Assembly: GCA_040285825.1 (NCBI GenBank)
Contig: JAUPSS010000010.1
Coordinates: 1,300,881-1,364,880, forward strand
DNA from: Eukaryota sp. TZLM1-RC
Lineage: Eukaryota > Protista > Metamonada: BaSk clade
Reading direction: 5' to 3'
DNA: 64,000 nt
A program made the position numbers and the translations under genes. Positions 62,694 to 64,000 of this stretch are shown here, in pieces; the first letter of the stretch is position 1; every line of letters starts with the position of its first letter. Below the pieces are notes generated by a model, which was not told the DNA's origin, did not search any database, and worked only from the letters and a program-made list of their open reading frames with translations.

Positions 62694-63320
62694 ATATTCC
62701 CGAAAAGAATCTTTTAAATTTAAAATACACTCTTCAAACATTACAGAAACGATTGACTGGAATGTATGAAGATGATCTTTATAATAATATACGCCGCTCG
62801 GCTGTTTTAAATCAAGATCTTCACTCATTGTTTTTGGAAAAGGGTGTTTGTGAAAATAAGTCATCAGATTCGTCACATTTTGTAACCATTGTACCACGAA
62901 GATTTGGATTGTGTGCCACTAATGAAGCATTTGTAACAAAAATTAGATTCTATTTGAATATTCCCATTAATCAATTATTATTAAAGGAAAAATGTATTTG
63001 TTCGAATTCACCACAGCTCATTCAGCGCCATGCTCTAAATTGTTCAAAATTGATATCTTATCGTTCTTTATCACATGATGCTGTTGGAGACACTGTTTTA
63101 ATATGGCACGAACTGCAAAAATCTTGTGTGTCAAAGAGCCTCTGCTGAAAGAATCACTGTGATTAAATAATTTTAGTTCTGATGACAAAGGTGATATATA
63201 CTGTGATTGGATTGAGAACTCTGGAAAATTGTTGTTGACTTTGTCTCCTGTGTTGTTGCAAATGACTTTTTGGTTTAAAGAAGAAAACTTAATTTTGTAG
63301 ATGCTCTTGAATTTAATTCT
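62694..63320 (+). mobile_element. CRE family 3, 3' part (right flank of D)
   Basis: MTGMYEDDLY..VPRRFGLCATNEAF..CICSN, homologous to 18754-19629. Confidence 0.82.
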
Positions 63321-63392
63321 TTTTTCCTTCCTCTACATAAAACCGTTTAACTGAAAACCTGGCTGAACAGTGACCATTGCTTCTATTCTTTC

Positions 63393-63773
63393 TTGTTGAT
63401 GCCTGAATCAGTTTCTGATTCTAATGGAGTCAAAAGAAAGAACGATAGACAACAAGATGCTCAAGACGTCCTTTCCACCTCTCCTCCTCAACCTCTTCTG
63501 TCTTCATGTTTGGACAAAAAAATTCCTGATCAAGAATTTTTTTTAGAAAATCACGATGAAAACAAAGTTTGTTCAAAAACGAAGCCACGCTCCTACAGAT
63601 GCTCAAAGTGTCGACAACAAGGACATAATGCGCGAACATGCCCCAATGTTGGAAAAAATGATGTGACAAATTCTGAAACAAAATGTAAAAGAAAATATAT
63701 TAGAAGAAAAGAGTCTAAGGTAGAACCAATAAATGATGATCCACAAGTTGTTGCAAAACCAGTTAGCAATTGA
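63393..63773 (+). CDS. Zinc-knuckle protein fragment of uncertain origin
   Basis: CSKCRQQGHNARTC; further CxxC pairs downstream beyond a stop codon. Confidence 0.45.
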   Translation: MLMPESVSDSNGVKRKNDRQQDAQDVLSTSPPQPLLSSCLDKKIPDQEFFLENHDENKVCSKTKPRSYRCSKCRQQGHNARTCPNVGKNDVTNSETKCKRKYIRRKESKVEPINDDPQVVAKPVSN

Positions 63774-64000
63774 TTGAAGCACAAAACTTGCAACAATTGT
63801 GGTATTTCTTTTAGAAAAAATGCAAAAGGAAAAACTTCTGATCGATGCTTGAAATGCCGCATAGTTGATATCTACCATCCTCCCATAAGAATACTTCAAG
63901 AAATTCATCCGTCAAAATGCAATGAATTTGCTTTCGTTTTTCAAAGATTTATGGATCAATTATGTAAAGGAAAGTATGCTATCAATAATCTTTGGGAATT

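Overview
AT-rich, intron-poor eukaryotic DNA (probably a protist; this is inference) dominated by nested retroelements. Host genes are a protein tyrosine phosphatase, two small divergent ORFs and a ~4,800-aa multi-domain surface protein with about six 342-aa tandem repeats. Mobile DNA comprises four large Ty3/gypsy LTR elements (A 3909-17884, B 22306-27544, C 49791-56963, D 47349-62693; A, C and D encode chromodomain-like integrase ends), two copies of a 1.1-kb gag-only LTR element (E1, E2), a solo LTR, at least four families of CRE-like RLE non-LTR retrotransposons and one hAT element, most with resolvable TSDs. The strongest novel signal is that every 5' LTR in the window lacks a canonical tRNA primer-binding site. 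Each is instead followed by a 12-bp palindrome built on the LTR's terminal CA (CAATACGTATTG, CAATAATTATTG, or consensus CATTAATTAATG) plus a covarying outer stem, which suggests an undescribed tRNA-independent, dimer- or self-priming mechanism. Other notable points are gag-only elements that retrotranspose independently, 79-bp LTRs, a 4x internal amplification of pol, and repeated insertion into integrase/RT coding motifs.
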